From positions 753,340 through 785,339 of the forward strand of contig CAVZDU010000002.1 in NCBI GenBank assembly GCA_963774265.1: a stretch of DNA of 32,000 nucleotides, written 5' to 3'. A program made the translations under genes and the position numbers. Source of the DNA: an uncultured Chloroflexia bacterium (GTDB lineage: Bacteria > Chloroflexota > Anaerolineae > CG2-30-64-16). The notes below the pieces were generated by a model that was given only the letters and a program-made list of their open reading frames with translations, searched no databases and had not been told where the DNA came from. Each line of letters opens with the position of its first letter. Position 1 is the first letter of the stretch. This document shows positions 1 through 9,481 of the stretch, piece after piece.

Positions 1-271
1 GATAGGCGAACCCTCCCTCGTCGCAGTAGTAAATCCCATCGCCGATCCGGACCTTGAACCGGCCCTTCAGCACGTGGATGGTTTCCTCTTGCCCGTGATG
101 AACGTGCAGCGGAGGGCCGCCTTTCGGCGCGACCTGGACGATGAAGTAGTCGAACTGCCCGCCCGTATCATCGCCGGTGACCTTAAAGATCAGGTCTCTG
201 CCCGGCCCTGAGTGCAAGATCAGACCCTCACCCGCGGCCAGGACCTTGTCTTGTCTGAGTGCGACTGCCAT
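1..271 (-). CDS. Cupin-domain protein, partial (runs off the left edge of the window)
   Basis: Absent from the ORF track because it is truncated. Reverse complement of 271..1 reads MAVALRQDKVLAAGEGLILHSGPGRDLIFKVTGDDTGGQFDYFIVQVAPKGGPPLHVHHGQEETIHVLKGRFKVRIGDGIYYCDEGGFAY. It has a cupin-like PLHVHHxxEE..H....G metal-site motif. A GGGAGG Shine-Dalgarno lies 7 nt upstream of the ATG (271..269). Confidence 0.65.
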   Translation of the reverse strand, partial: MAVALRQDKVLAAGEGLILHSGPGRDLIFKVTGDDTGGQFDYFIVQVAPKGGPPLHVHHGQEETIHVLKGRFKVRIGDGIYYCDEGGFAY

Positions 272-369
272 GACTGTGCCTCCCTTTCAAACACTGATCA
301 ATTCATACTGATGATTTGAGTATAGGACGGGGGGGTCAAAGGAACGTCAACGGTGGCGTCAAGGCTGCG

Positions 370-3300
370 TCAAGCATTCAGGCGTGTGAGAGCGACAGTT
401 CCAGGTGGTCGATTTCCTCGAGCAGGCGCCCATAGCTGCCCTGCTCGGCTGCCCGGCGGGCTTCCTGCAGGCGGCGGCGCCCTTCGTCCGGCGGCAGTAG
501 GGGGACAAGCCAGATGCGGATCCGTACGCCCAGATGCGAGGCGCCAATGCTGTCCGCGGCTGCGAGCCGCGTCGCGAAATCGCTGCCCGGCCAGCTCGTC
601 CTGGCCGCGGCGTTTGGCCACGAGGCCCAGGTTGGCCGTCAAGCCCGCGATCCGCTCGGGGACCGGCACCTGGCGGGCTAGATCGAGCCCCTGGATGAAG
701 TAGTCGTCGGCAGCGTCTACATCGCCGCCGGCCAGCGCGATCTCGCCGGCGGTCGAGTACAGGTAGGCGAGATGCGACAACGAGCCCCGCTCCCGCGCCA
801 GGCGAATGCCGGCCTGGATCTGCTCGCTGGCCTCGGGGTCACCGACCAGATGCAGGTAGTAGGCCAGATTGTTGTGCAGCAGGATCCGGCGCAAAAGATC
901 CAGTTGGCGTTCATCGCTGCGCGCCAGGTCGAAAGCCGAGCGGTAGAGGGCTATCGCCTCGGCAAAACGACCCTGCTGGCCCAGGGCGCCCGCCAACGCG
1001 TATTTGACCTGCGGCCGGGTGATTGCGCTGGCAAACGCCGAAGGCCCATCGAGCAGCTTCTCGGCCTCACGCAGGTGGTATTCGGCCTCAACGGGATGGG
1101 CGCTGTCCAGCACCAGGCTGCTGCCCCAGATGAATTCCGCGCAGGCCGCAAGCTCGGGCGGGCCTGCAGCGCGCAGCTGACGGCCCAGGGCGATTGAATC
1201 GGCATAGCGGGTCTGCGGAAAAAGCGACATGCTCAGCGCAAGATAGGCGGCCTCCTCAACGGAAAGCGAGCCAATCGCGCCGGCCAGGCGTACGGCGGTT
1301 TGGAAGTCCGCTGTCGCCGAAGCAAAGTCGCCCTTATGAAAGCGGGCAAAGCCCAGGTCAAGGTAGATCAAGGCCTGCTGCGACGGGCTGGGAGCGGCCG
1401 CAAGCGCGCTTTCGTAGTGGGCCATGGCTTCTACCCATGCTGCTAGGCTGGCAGCGTACTGTCCGGCCCGATAAGCGTGAGGCGCGGCACGTTCCGGTGC
1501 ATGACCGTCCAGGAAGTGCCGTGCGATCAACCCCGCCGCATCAGGCCGGTCGCGATGGGTCCGTTCCAGCACCTCCGCCACCCGGCGGTGTAGGTGCCGT
1601 AGGCGCATCTCCCCCATGTCCTGGACCACGACCTGCAAGGTCAGGTTGTGGTCGAACGTGAGGACCTCGGGAGCATACGGTCGGAGCAGCCCGACGCCCT
1701 GCAACTGCTCGAGCGCCTCGAGAGCCTCGTCCTCGGACGCGAACGCTACCTGCCGTACCAGCTCGAAATCGAAATGCTGGCCCACCGCCGCCGCACTGCG
1801 CAGCAGATGGCGCGCGTTCTCCGGCAGCCGGAGCAGACGTGACTGGATCAGGCTTTGGATTGTGGGTGGCAGCACGAGTTGGGCGGCCAAGACCGCGGGG
1901 TCGATCTTGCCATCGCTGCTCAAGGAACCGTTCTGGCGCGCAAGGCGGACGAGTTCGGTCAGGAAATAGGGATTGCCTTCCGCATGCAGGTTCAGCCACT
2001 CCGCAAGCGCTTTGCTCTGCGTGGGGCTCAGATGCTCTGCTACCCGGTGCACTTCGGACGGCGGCAAGGCCTCCAGCGATAACTGCGCCAGCAGGTCATG
2101 GCGCAGGAGGTCACGGACCAGGGTCGCCAGACGCGACCTATCGTCGACCGGCCGGGTCGTGGCCAGCAAGATGGGCCCGGCCGCCGCGGCTTGTTGGCTG
2201 CGCGCTGCGTACCCCAGCCAGCCAATTGTCGCCTCGTCTGCCCAGTGAAGATCGTCGAGAAAGAGGCAAACCATACAGCGCCGGCCAAGAGCTTGCAGGA
2301 AGCGCAGGAGACTTGCCCAGACGCGTGTCTCATCGGCGGGCTGGGCCTGTGGCGGTACTGCAGGGAAACTGGTCTGCAGCTCGGGCACCAGGCGGATCAC
2401 ATCGGCGAGCCACAGCGGAGCGAGGTCGAGTTCGCGGCGCCAGGCCGGCCACTCGGGAAGCGCCAACAGGGTGCGCAGGGCGTCCATGATAGGGTGGTAG
2501 GGGAGACCTTGCTCCAGCTCGTGACCTATGCCGCGCAGCACTGCTACCGGAGGCGCGTCCTGCACCGATCTGCCGATGAATTCCTCGGCCAGGCGCGTCT
2601 TGCCGATGCCGGGTTCGCCCGCGATGAGAATCAGCTTGCCGCTGCCGGCGAGACCCCTCAAAGTGCTCAGCTCGGCGCTGCGGCCGACGAACGGCAGGGC
2701 GTCGGGAGTTGCGGCAGCACGGCGCCCTGTGGGAGCGCGGAGGCGTTCCGCAGCTCGTGCCGCAGGCGCTGCCTGCGGCACGGCGGGCGAGGCTGCCAGG
2801 GTATCCGTGATGATGGCGTCGTAGAGCGCCCGGGTCTCCGGCATGGGCGGTACACCCAGCTCGTCGCCCAGCACCTTGCACAGCGCTTCGAAGCGGCGGA
2901 CCGCGCCCGCTCGATCGCCGTTCAGGTAATGCAGGCGCATGGCGTCCCGCTGGAGGTCCTCTTGCATCGGATCGAAGGCGAGCCCACGTTCAAGGGCCTG
3001 CAGCGAGGCGCCGTAATCGCGTAGACCTTCATGAATATGCGCGGCGCGCACGAAGCCGCGGATGGCCATGATCCGGTAGCGATCCCGTTCCGACGCCGTC
3101 CAATCGTCGAACTCAGGCGAATCGGCCAGTGTGAAGCCTTCCAGGAAGGGGCCACGATAGAGGTCGAGGGCTGCCAGCAATGCCGGCGCATCGGCTTCTC
3201 CCAGGGCGCGGCCGTGCGGCGACTCCAGTGCTGCGGCAAAGGTTCGGGCGTCGACAAAGGTGTCGCTCGCCAGCCGCAACGTCTCGTCTTCCACATAAAG

Positions 3301-3555
3301 ACGCTCGCCGGTCGCCTTGCGCAGATCGCTGAGCATGGTCCGCAGAATGTGCTGCGCCGCGGCCCGATCGTGGTCGGGCCAGAAGAGGGCCAGCAGGTGA
3401 TCACGGGTCAGCGGACGGTCATGCGCGGCAAGATAGAAGACGAGCGCCCGGTTCTTGCGGCGCACTTTCGCCAGCGGTTGGCCGGCCATGCATAATTGCG
3501 GCGCGCCGAAGAGTGTAATGGAAAATAGCTGCGATTCCTGTGTCACCCTTTTCAC
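370..3555 (-). CDS. SARP/AfsR-type transcriptional regulator (winged-helix + BTAD + P-loop ATPase + TPR-like repeats); C-terminus apparently frame-shifted
   Basis: 1061-aa ORF. The N-terminus carries SARP/BTAD motifs (LFGAPQL..RKNRALVFYLA..LLALFWPD; DLYRGPFLEGF..DDW; LHYLNGDRAGAVRRFE..LGVPP). These are followed by Walker A GEPGIGKTRLAEEF, Walker B-like CLFLDDLHWAD and long TPR-like helical repeats. The last ~65 codons of the called frame are R/P/G-rich nonsense. The neighbouring frame reads a plausible helical tail ending at 378. Confidence 0.8.
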   Translation of the reverse strand: MKRVTQESQLFSITLFGAPQLCMAGQPLAKVRRKNRALVFYLAAHDRPLTRDHLLALFWPDHDRAAAQHILRTMLSDLRKATGERLYVEDETLRLASDTFVDARTFAAALESPHGRALGEADAPALLAALDLYRGPFLEGFTLADSPEFDDWTASERDRYRIMAIRGFVRAAHIHEGLRDYGASLQALERGLAFDPMQEDLQRDAMRLHYLNGDRAGAVRRFEALCKVLGDELGVPPMPETRALYDAIITDTLAASPAVPQAAPAARAAERLRAPTGRRAAATPDALPFVGRSAELSTLRGLAGSGKLILIAGEPGIGKTRLAEEFIGRSVQDAPPVAVLRGIGHELEQGLPYHPIMDALRTLLALPEWPAWRRELDLAPLWLADVIRLVPELQTSFPAVPPQAQPADETRVWASLLRFLQALGRRCMVCLFLDDLHWADEATIGWLGYAARSQQAAAAGPILLATTRPVDDRSRLATLVRDLLRHDLLAQLSLEALPPSEVHRVAEHLSPTQSKALAEWLNLHAEGNPYFLTELVRLARQNGSLSSDGKIDPAVLAAQLVLPPTIQSLIQSRLLRLPENARHLLRSAAAVGQHFDFELVRQVAFASEDEALEALEQLQGVGLLRPYAPEVLTFDHNLTLQVVVQDMGEMRLRHLHRRVAEVLERTHRDRPDAAGLIARHFLDGHAPERAAPHAYRAGQYAASLAAWVEAMAHYESALAAAPSPSQQALIYLDLGFARFHKGDFASATADFQTAVRLAGAIGSLSVEEAAYLALSMSLFPQTRYADSIALGRQLRAAGPPELAACAEFIWGSSLVLDSAHPVEAEYHLREAEKLLDGPSAFASAITRPQVKYALAGALGQQGRFAEAIALYRSAFDLARSDERQLDLLRRILLHNNLAYYLHLVGDPEASEQIQAGIRLARERGSLSHLAYLYSTAGEIALAGGDVDAADDYFIQGLDLARQVPVPERIAGLTANLGLVAKRRGQDELAGQRFRDAARSRGQHWRLASGRTDPHLACPPTAAGRRAPPPAGSPPGSRAGQLWAPARGNRPPGTVALTRLNA

Positions 3556-3692
3556 CCGGTCAAGCAGTCACGCTGGCTCGATTGTCCACCTACCGGGCGC
3601 TGGAGGCTGTGGCTGGGCATACCGTCCGCCGTATCAGACTCGAAGCAATGCGCTGGTACGAGCATTCTTGAGGAAACGCCCCACAAGCTCGC

Positions 3693-3782
3693 GTCCGCTC
3701 CTGCGCGCAGCGCTTAGTTCAAGTCCAGCTTAGGGAAAGCTGTACAGCGGCGGCGCGTTTCTTGTCCTCCAAGGGTGCGCCG
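3693..3782 (+). repeat. Dispersed intergenic repeat, copy A (GCGC-NNN-GCGC hairpin + TTAGTTCA core)
   Basis: gtccgctcctgcgcgcagcgcttagttcaag...cagcggcggcgcgtttcttgtcc aligns without gaps, roughly three-quarters identical by eye, with copy B at 6803..6892. The core also occurs at 10037..10064 and 7106..7117. Confidence 0.6.
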
Positions 3783-3936
3783 CGCGATACTTAGCGGAAG
3801 CTGCCCCCGGCTCCTGTTGATGGTATGATGTCTTAATTATTACGCGGCGGCAGATCTACGGACATAGGACTGTCTCAAGCCCTTCTCTTTTTCGGTCGTC
3901 CCGGCAAGCACCGTGGTCACCATAGGAGGTTTTACC

Positions 3937-4587
3937 ATGAGAGGTCAAATCCTGAGACTGCTCCCCGTCGCGACTATGTGCCTCTTGATCGTTGCCGGCT
4001 GTGCGACATCCCCGCAGCTAGCTCCATCCGCTCCGACCTTGTTGTCACCTTCACCGACGCCGACACCCACCCTCGACCCGCGCATGAAACTCGCCCAGGC
4101 GTTCCAAGACGGGTTGAACCGAGGCGACGGTGCAGCGGTCGCCTCGCTCTTTGTGGATGAGGGGATGGGCTACATGGATTCCGGCTACCTGATCAAGGAC
4201 AGGGCCGGAGTGGCCGACTATGTCGACGAAGGCGCCCCTCGGCATTGGAGCCTGCAGCTCAGCGAGTGCGCAGCGCAAGGCGCCCTGTGGCATTGCAGGG
4301 CGGTGGAGCGCGAGGATTGTATGAAGGCCGCAACGGGCAAGGAAGAATTGCGGACCGACATGACGCTCATACCGAAGGATGGCCAAATTCAGTACATCGA
4401 GTTCAAGCCCTCGGCGGAGGACAGCGAGGCGACCGGGAAGGCAAGCGAGAAGTTCTGGACCTGGGTCCAGGCCGAGCGGGCCGCTGAGTGGCCAAAGATC
4501 GCCACGCCCGAGACCGCGCTGAAGGGGCGCGAGCGCGGCGAGCTGCTCTCAACGCTCTGCAAGGAGTACATGGAGACCCACAAGTAG
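3937..4587 (+). CDS. Putative lipoprotein (signal peptide + lipobox), function unknown
   Basis: ATG at 3937 sits 7 nt after AGGAGG (3924..3929). The N-terminus MRGQILRLLPVATMCLLIVAGC has a hydrophobic core plus a V-A-G-C lipobox, followed by a P/S/T-rich linker. The ORF-track start at 3913 is upstream of the RBS. Confidence 0.7.
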   Translation: MRGQILRLLPVATMCLLIVAGCATSPQLAPSAPTLLSPSPTPTPTLDPRMKLAQAFQDGLNRGDGAAVASLFVDEGMGYMDSGYLIKDRAGVADYVDEGAPRHWSLQLSECAAQGALWHCRAVEREDCMKAATGKEELRTDMTLIPKDGQIQYIEFKPSAEDSEATGKASEKFWTWVQAERAAEWPKIATPETALKGRERGELLSTLCKEYMETHK

Positions 4588-4657
4588 CGTTTGAGGCAGG
4601 GGGAGGCCGGCGCCGCGCACGACCAAGCCGTATGATCGCACCAGCGACGCCATCAGG

Positions 4658-4676
4658 GCTGAGGCTAGGCCTCAGC
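4658..4676 (+). terminator. Candidate stem-loop terminator after the lipoprotein gene (weak)
   Basis: Near-perfect palindrome gctgaggc-ta-gcctcagc lies 70 nt after the stop at 4587 and is followed only by ttgg, with no real U-tract. Confidence 0.25.
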
Positions 4677-4718
4677 TTGGCGGAATGGATTCCGCATAAT
4701 AACGAGATGTCTTAGCAA

Positions 4719-5498
4719 ATGGAGGATGACATCATTACCAGGCGAGGTTCTCTAAAGGAATCAAGTTCGGCTAAGCCCCGCACCTTCATCCTGGTGCATG
4801 GTGCGTGGCACGGGGGCTGGTGCTGGCGCCGTGTAACCGATATTCTCACGACTCGCGGGCACAGGGTATTCGCGCCCAGCCTCACCGGATTGGGGGATCG
4901 TGCGCATCTCTTCTCCAAGGACATATCTCTGCAGACTCATGTGGAAGACATCCTTTCCGTGATTGAAACTGAGGAGTTGAGCGACTTCGTTCTCGTTGGA
5001 CATAGCTATGGAGGCTTTGTGATCTCCGGCGTCGCAGACACACTCCGGAAGCGCGTTTCTCGCTATGTTTACTTGGATGGTAGTGTTCCACCCGATATGT
5101 CGCCAGGCGCATCCTTCAGTTGGGCTGGCTTTAATCCCCCCGACGCATGTGAAGCACGATTGAAGTCGGTACGAGAAGAGGGTAAAGGTGTGGCGCTCCC
5201 GGCACCTCCGCCCAGTGCCTTCGCTGTGACCAAGCCCTCGGACGCCGCTTGGCTGCAGCGGCGCTTGCGGCCTATGCCAGTCGGCACCTATATCGGAACC
5301 TTTACGTTCAAGAACTCTGGGAGCAATGGATTGAAGCGCACTTACATTGCTTCGATCAAACCGCTTTATGCTTTGCTCGTCCCTACCCATAACCGGATAA
5401 GGGCGGACAATACCTGGTCGTTCACGACCATAGAGGCAGGTCACGACTCAATGGTGACAGCCCCCGACGAGCTGGCTTCCCTGTTAATGGTGGTCTGA
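4719..5498 (+). CDS. Alpha/beta-fold hydrolase (esterase-like)
   Basis: 259 aa. It has FILVHGAWHGGWCW (oxyanion region), a nucleophile elbow GHSYGG and a C-terminal EAGHDSM histidine motif. Confidence 0.8.
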   Translation: MEDDIITRRGSLKESSSAKPRTFILVHGAWHGGWCWRRVTDILTTRGHRVFAPSLTGLGDRAHLFSKDISLQTHVEDILSVIETEELSDFVLVGHSYGGFVISGVADTLRKRVSRYVYLDGSVPPDMSPGASFSWAGFNPPDACEARLKSVREEGKGVALPAPPPSAFAVTKPSDAAWLQRRLRPMPVGTYIGTFTFKNSGSNGLKRTYIASIKPLYALLVPTHNRIRADNTWSFTTIEAGHDSMVTAPDELASLLMVV

Positions 5499-5535
5499 AA
5501 CGCATGCGGTTAAGTCCGCCATGGGCCGGCATCTA

Positions 5536-6655
5536 AGTAGGTAACAGAAAATTCGGGGCACTTCTTCGTTGCCTGATATACTGGGGTTACGGAGGGTGCC
5601 ATGATCTATGTACGAACACCAACGGATGCTGAACTGCAAGAGCTCAAGCGAATGACCCGCCATGAGATCGGGCGGGTTAGCCAACGAGCGCAGATGGTTC
5701 TGCTCTCAGCGCAGCAGCGCACGGTGCCTGAGATCGCCGTCATCTTTGGCGTCAAGTACAAGACCGTGCGCAAATGGCTCCGCCGCTTCAATGCGGCCGG
5801 GCCGGCCGGACTGTATGATGAGCCGCGCAGTGGGCGGCCGCGGACGCTGACCGACCGTGTCCGTGACACTTTGGTCGACATGAGCGAGCAGGATCCCGAG
5901 CAGTCGGACTATCCCGCGACCTTGTGGACGGTTGCGATGCTGGCCTTAGCCTTGGCCGAGAAGATCGGCGTGTATCTGAGCCATAGCACCCTGCGTCAGA
6001 CGCTGCATGCGGCCGGCCTGGCCTGGAGCCGCCCACGACTCGCCATGCCCCGCAAGACTGATCCGCAGAAGGCGGCCAAGCAGTGGGCAATAGTGCAGGC
6101 CGTGATTGGGGCTGGCCCAGCTGCAGTCGTGCTGTACGCCGACGAATCGCGCATCCAGATGCTACCGTTGATTCGAGCAATGTGGCATCGGCTGGGCCAG
6201 CAGATCCGTGTCCCGACGCCCGGCAGCAATCAGACGCGCAGCCTATTTGGAGCGCTCAACATTCGCACGGGCCAGTGGACGTGGTTGATCCGCGAGCATA
6301 TGCACAAAGAAGACTTCATCACTTTCCTGGAACACCTGTTGACGGTGTATGCCAGCGGTCCGATCATTCTGATCGTCGATAACTACTCCAGCCATACGGC
6401 TAAGGCCATCGATGCCTGGCTGACTGAGCACCCGCGACTCCAGTTGCACTACCTGCCGAAGTACTGCTCGCATCTGAATCCGGTTGAGAACATCTGGCTG
6501 CGTCTCAAAGGCCAGACCGCCGCTGACCGCTTGTACGGTTCGCTGCATGGTCTGCTGGACGCCGTCACACGCTTCTTCGACCATATGACGCCAGCGATGG
6601 CGTTGACCTGGGCCAGTCTCGACTGAAAAGTGACCCGTACTTTTTGTGACATACT
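5536..6655 (+). mobile_element. IS630-family insertion sequence, copy 1 (1120 bp)
   Basis: Boundaries come from comparison with copy 2: identity spans 5532..6658 versus 23423..24549. The ~23-25-bp terminal inverted repeats are imperfect (AGTAGGTAACAGAAAATTCGGGG versus the reverse complement of the right end, AGTATGTCACAAAAAGTACGGGT). Flanks are C-TA on the left (5533..5535) and TA-G on the right (6656..6658), matching the classical IS630 CTAG target with TA duplication. Confidence 0.9.
5601..6626 (+). CDS. IS630-family DDE transposase
   Basis: 341 aa. N-terminal HTH (RAQMVLLSAQQRTVPEIAVIFGVKYKTVRKWLRRF, SGRPR). DDE triad context YADESRI / IVDNYSSH / LNPVENIW. Confidence 0.92.
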   Translation: MIYVRTPTDAELQELKRMTRHEIGRVSQRAQMVLLSAQQRTVPEIAVIFGVKYKTVRKWLRRFNAAGPAGLYDEPRSGRPRTLTDRVRDTLVDMSEQDPEQSDYPATLWTVAMLALALAEKIGVYLSHSTLRQTLHAAGLAWSRPRLAMPRKTDPQKAAKQWAIVQAVIGAGPAAVVLYADESRIQMLPLIRAMWHRLGQQIRVPTPGSNQTRSLFGALNIRTGQWTWLIREHMHKEDFITFLEHLLTVYASGPIILIVDNYSSHTAKAIDAWLTEHPRLQLHYLPKYCSHLNPVENIWLRLKGQTAADRLYGSLHGLLDAVTRFFDHMTPAMALTWASLD

Positions 6656-6802
6656 TAGCCACCGCATGGAGCCGACGCAACCGCTTTGCGGCAAGCGTCG
6701 ACTCTGAAGCCAGTCATGCGGTTGCGCGGCTCATGCGGCACGTTGGGTAATCAAGTGACTCGCACCTGCGCCCTCACAGAAGTGTTGCGGAGGCTACCGG
6801 CA

Positions 6803-6892
6803 GTCCGCTCTGCGCTTTGCGCTTAGTTCAATACCTGGTTGGGAGAAGCCGAACGACGGCGGCGCGTTGCCTGTCCGCTAAGGGCCAGTTGC
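6803..6892 (+). repeat. Dispersed intergenic repeat, copy B
   Basis: gtccgctctgcgctttgcgcttagttcaat...gacggcggcgcgttgcctgtcc. Its upstream ~60 nt also resemble the sequence upstream of copy C. It abuts the truncated integrase fragment. Confidence 0.6.
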
Positions 6893-6893
6893 C

Positions 6894-7000
6894 TTGATCG
6901 GGGTGATGGTCTACTCATTCGCGCGGGTGGGAGCGGTGGTCGGCATGAGTGTGGAGGACTACTTTCAGGAAGGCAAGCGGCATCAATTTTCACTTGACGT
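6894..7000 (+). pseudogene. Tyrosine recombinase/integrase fragment (internal ~35 codons only)
   Basis: LIGVMVYSFARVGAVVGMSVEDYFQEGKRH matches, from memory, the conserved core of a phage-integrase-family subgroup (..YSFARVSAV.GM.VEDY...GKRWW.RLHEKGGK). A stop lies immediately upstream, and the sequence downstream of about 7000 is not protein-like. Confidence 0.55.
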
Positions 7001-7344
7001 ACCTGTCATGCGGCGCGACAATGATTCTGCTACGTCCATTGTGGCAGGCGGTCGGCACGGCAGCGACTGTTTGAATCGCCATATAGATGACACTCTCTTC
7101 TTCCCGGCTTAGTTCAACTTGAGATCATGTAGCGGCTTCCGCCTCGACCGACCAGTTCTCGTCAATACCCGTGCGTCGGCTGGGCAGCGTGTCGCGTTAA
7201 CTACGGCGCGCCACATGAATCCTTAATCCGTTAATCCGTTAGGCCGCACGCGTTTTCTGAATCTTTGGCTGAGCAAATCGTCTTGTCGTGCAGCTCACGT
7301 GGCGGCCATCGCGCTCCATTTCCTTGCAAGAAAGGAGAATTGAA

Positions 7345-8190
7345 ATGAACATCTCGTCTTTCATCAAACGTCACCCGGTCTTGACCTACTTCGCCCTCAC
7401 GTTCGCTCTCTCGTGGGGCAGCTGGCTCCTGCTCACCGGCGGCGCTCCGATGCGGTCCGATCCGCGGTTCATGTTCATAGTCCTGGCGGCGCCCGTCGCC
7501 CCCGCTATCGCCGGCCTCCTGATGACCGGTCTCACAGCTGGAAGGGCCGGCTATCGCGAGTTGCTCGCCCGGCTGTTCCGGTGGCGCGTACAAGCGCGCT
7601 GGTACGGAGTGGCACTCTTGCCGGCTCCGCTCGTGGCGATAATGACAGGCGTACTCCTTTCACTGTCGCTGCGTTCCCCTGAGTTCCTCCCTGTCATCTT
7701 CACAACGGCCGACCCAGTTGGACTGCTTCTGCCCGGTGTTATCGGGGGACTCCTGGTCGGTTTGTGCGAGGAACTAGGGTGGACAGGGTTCGCCATCCCC
7801 CGCCTGCGACTGCGGTACAGCGTCCTGGCCACCGGGCTGCTCGTGGGCGTTGTGTGGGGCGCGTGGCACGCCCCGTTGTTCGCGAGAAGCGACAGCTTCG
7901 CAGGAGCGCTTCCTCTGGCCCTCTTGCTCCTTCAGCTCTTCTCCTGGTTGCCGGCCTACCGGGTGCTGATGGTGTGGGCGTACGACCGCACGGGGAGCCT
8001 GCTCGTCGCGATGCTCATGCACGTCAGTCTAGCGGCCACCTCGATCATCCTTCCCCCGCCGGAGATGTCCGATATGCAGTCTTTGACCAGCATTCTCGTG
8101 TCGGCGGCCACCTGGTGGCTCCTCGTTGCAGCGGTCGCCGTGGCCAACCGGCGGCAGACTAAAGGGGTTGCAGTGGGTCAAACTCGCTAG
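7345..8190 (+). CDS. CPBP-family (CAAX/Abi-type) intramembrane glutamic endopeptidase
   Basis: ATG 7345 sits 7 nt after AAGGAG (7332..7337). Multi-pass hydrophobic protein with the motifs CEELGWTGF, VWGAWHAP and AMLMHVSLAAT (EExxxR/FxxxH/HxxxN-type). Confidence 0.8.
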   Translation: MNISSFIKRHPVLTYFALTFALSWGSWLLLTGGAPMRSDPRFMFIVLAAPVAPAIAGLLMTGLTAGRAGYRELLARLFRWRVQARWYGVALLPAPLVAIMTGVLLSLSLRSPEFLPVIFTTADPVGLLLPGVIGGLLVGLCEELGWTGFAIPRLRLRYSVLATGLLVGVVWGAWHAPLFARSDSFAGALPLALLLLQLFSWLPAYRVLMVWAYDRTGSLLVAMLMHVSLAATSIILPPPEMSDMQSLTSILVSAATWWLLVAAVAVANRRQTKGVAVGQTR

Positions 8191-8354
8191 AATTGCGGCC
8201 TAACATGGCGTGCAGTTGATCTGCTGATTTTTCCTCGGCCCGAAATTGGGTCACACTTCCTTCTGTCGGTATCTCATTCCCTTCACGACAAGCTCGAGGC
8301 CGTTGGGCGGCCCCTGACACGATCTCCCAGTGAGCATTCTGGAAAGGACGATAA

Positions 8355-9365
8355 ATGACGATTCGCCCACCCACACTCGATCCCATAGCAAGGCTTTACA
8401 ATATCTCGCTTTCTCAATTGCAGCCGGTGGCGGGAGGTCATTTTACACATGTCTACGAGTATACTGATAACAATCGGGCTTGCATCTTAAGAATCACGCC
8501 ACCTAACACGCATGTCGATCTACTTTCTATGCGAGCCACGTTAGAGTGGCTGGCTTTTTTGTCAGCTCATGCGGGGCCCGTTCCTCGCCCGATACATTCT
8601 CGGAATGGCAACTTGATCGAGGTGGTGAAGTTTGAAGATCAAGCCTACATCGCCGGCGCCTTTGAAAAAGCGCCTGGGGTATTGGCGGAAGGCATGTCGC
8701 CTGCCGATTGGCACGATGAACTCTTTCAAGCGTTGGGACGCACGGTGGGTCATTGTCATCGAGTGGCCCAACTCTATGTTCCGGCACATGCGGACTTCAG
8801 ACGCCCGGAATGGGATTGCACCGACAGCCTCTTCAATCCCGAAGAAGAGCTGCTGAGGGCTGATGGCCTCCTTTTGGAGAGACGCGCCCAAGTGTTATCA
8901 GTCATCCAATCGCTGCCGAAAAATCGCGACAGTTACGGGTTAGCGCACCTGGACTTGCACTTTGGGAACTTTTTTGTTGATATGGCCCAGCAACGGATCC
9001 TGCTTTTTGACTTTGATAATTGTGCATATGGCTGGTATATCATGGACCTCGCCATGCTGTTGTTTGATGTGCTGGTAGTCTACGCCGGTTTAGATCGGTT
9101 GCAGTTTGGCGAGCGATTCTTGGAGAATGTGCTACGTGGTTATCACACACAGGTGCCGCTTAGCCGATTTTGGGTCAGCCAGTTGCCGCACTTTCTGAAG
9201 CTGCTGGAAATCGGTGTATACCTGACGCTATATCAGACTTATGATCCGGTAACGGCAGACGAGTGGGTGAGTAAGTTCATGCCGGAGCGGCGTTATCGGA
9301 TTGAGCATAAGATACCGTATGTGGATTTGGACTTTGAAGCCCTGTATAGCAGGGCCACGTCATAA
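8355..9365 (+). CDS. Aminoglycoside/choline-kinase-type phosphotransferase (APH family)
   Basis: 336 aa. Catalytic loop LAHLDLHFGNFFVD (HxDxxxxN) and LLFDFDNCAYGW (DFD). GC is noticeably lower than in the neighbours (about 50% on sampled lines). Confidence 0.8.
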   Translation: MTIRPPTLDPIARLYNISLSQLQPVAGGHFTHVYEYTDNNRACILRITPPNTHVDLLSMRATLEWLAFLSAHAGPVPRPIHSRNGNLIEVVKFEDQAYIAGAFEKAPGVLAEGMSPADWHDELFQALGRTVGHCHRVAQLYVPAHADFRRPEWDCTDSLFNPEEELLRADGLLLERRAQVLSVIQSLPKNRDSYGLAHLDLHFGNFFVDMAQQRILLFDFDNCAYGWYIMDLAMLLFDVLVVYAGLDRLQFGERFLENVLRGYHTQVPLSRFWVSQLPHFLKLLEIGVYLTLYQTYDPVTADEWVSKFMPERRYRIEHKIPYVDLDFEALYSRATS

Positions 9366-9481
9366 ATTAAGGCCGCCCAGAGTAGAATTGGGCTAAGAAT
9401 GGAACCGACTCTGCCGCCTTCAGAAGATTATGAGCATGGCTGCTTCTCAAGCGCTGCGACAGGCGACCAGGATACGACTTG

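Noticed and set aside
1839-3495. Plus-strand ORFs (1839..2489, 2098..3024, 3031..3495) inside the SARP regulator gene
   Set aside because: These are antisense shadow ORFs. The minus-strand frame carries the BTAD, P-loop and TPR motifs.
3714-3735. tRNA T-arm-like string TAGTTCAAGTCCAGC in repeat copy A (possible tRNA fragment or att site)
   Set aside because: The flanking CTTAG segments are direct, not complementary. No acceptor, D or anticodon arms can be drawn, and the other copies lack the AAGTCC part.
7224-7240. Tandem 8-bp duplication taatccgt-taatccgt upstream of the CPBP gene
   Set aside because: There are only two units in debris-like intergenic sequence, which is too little to call a regulatory or repeat feature.
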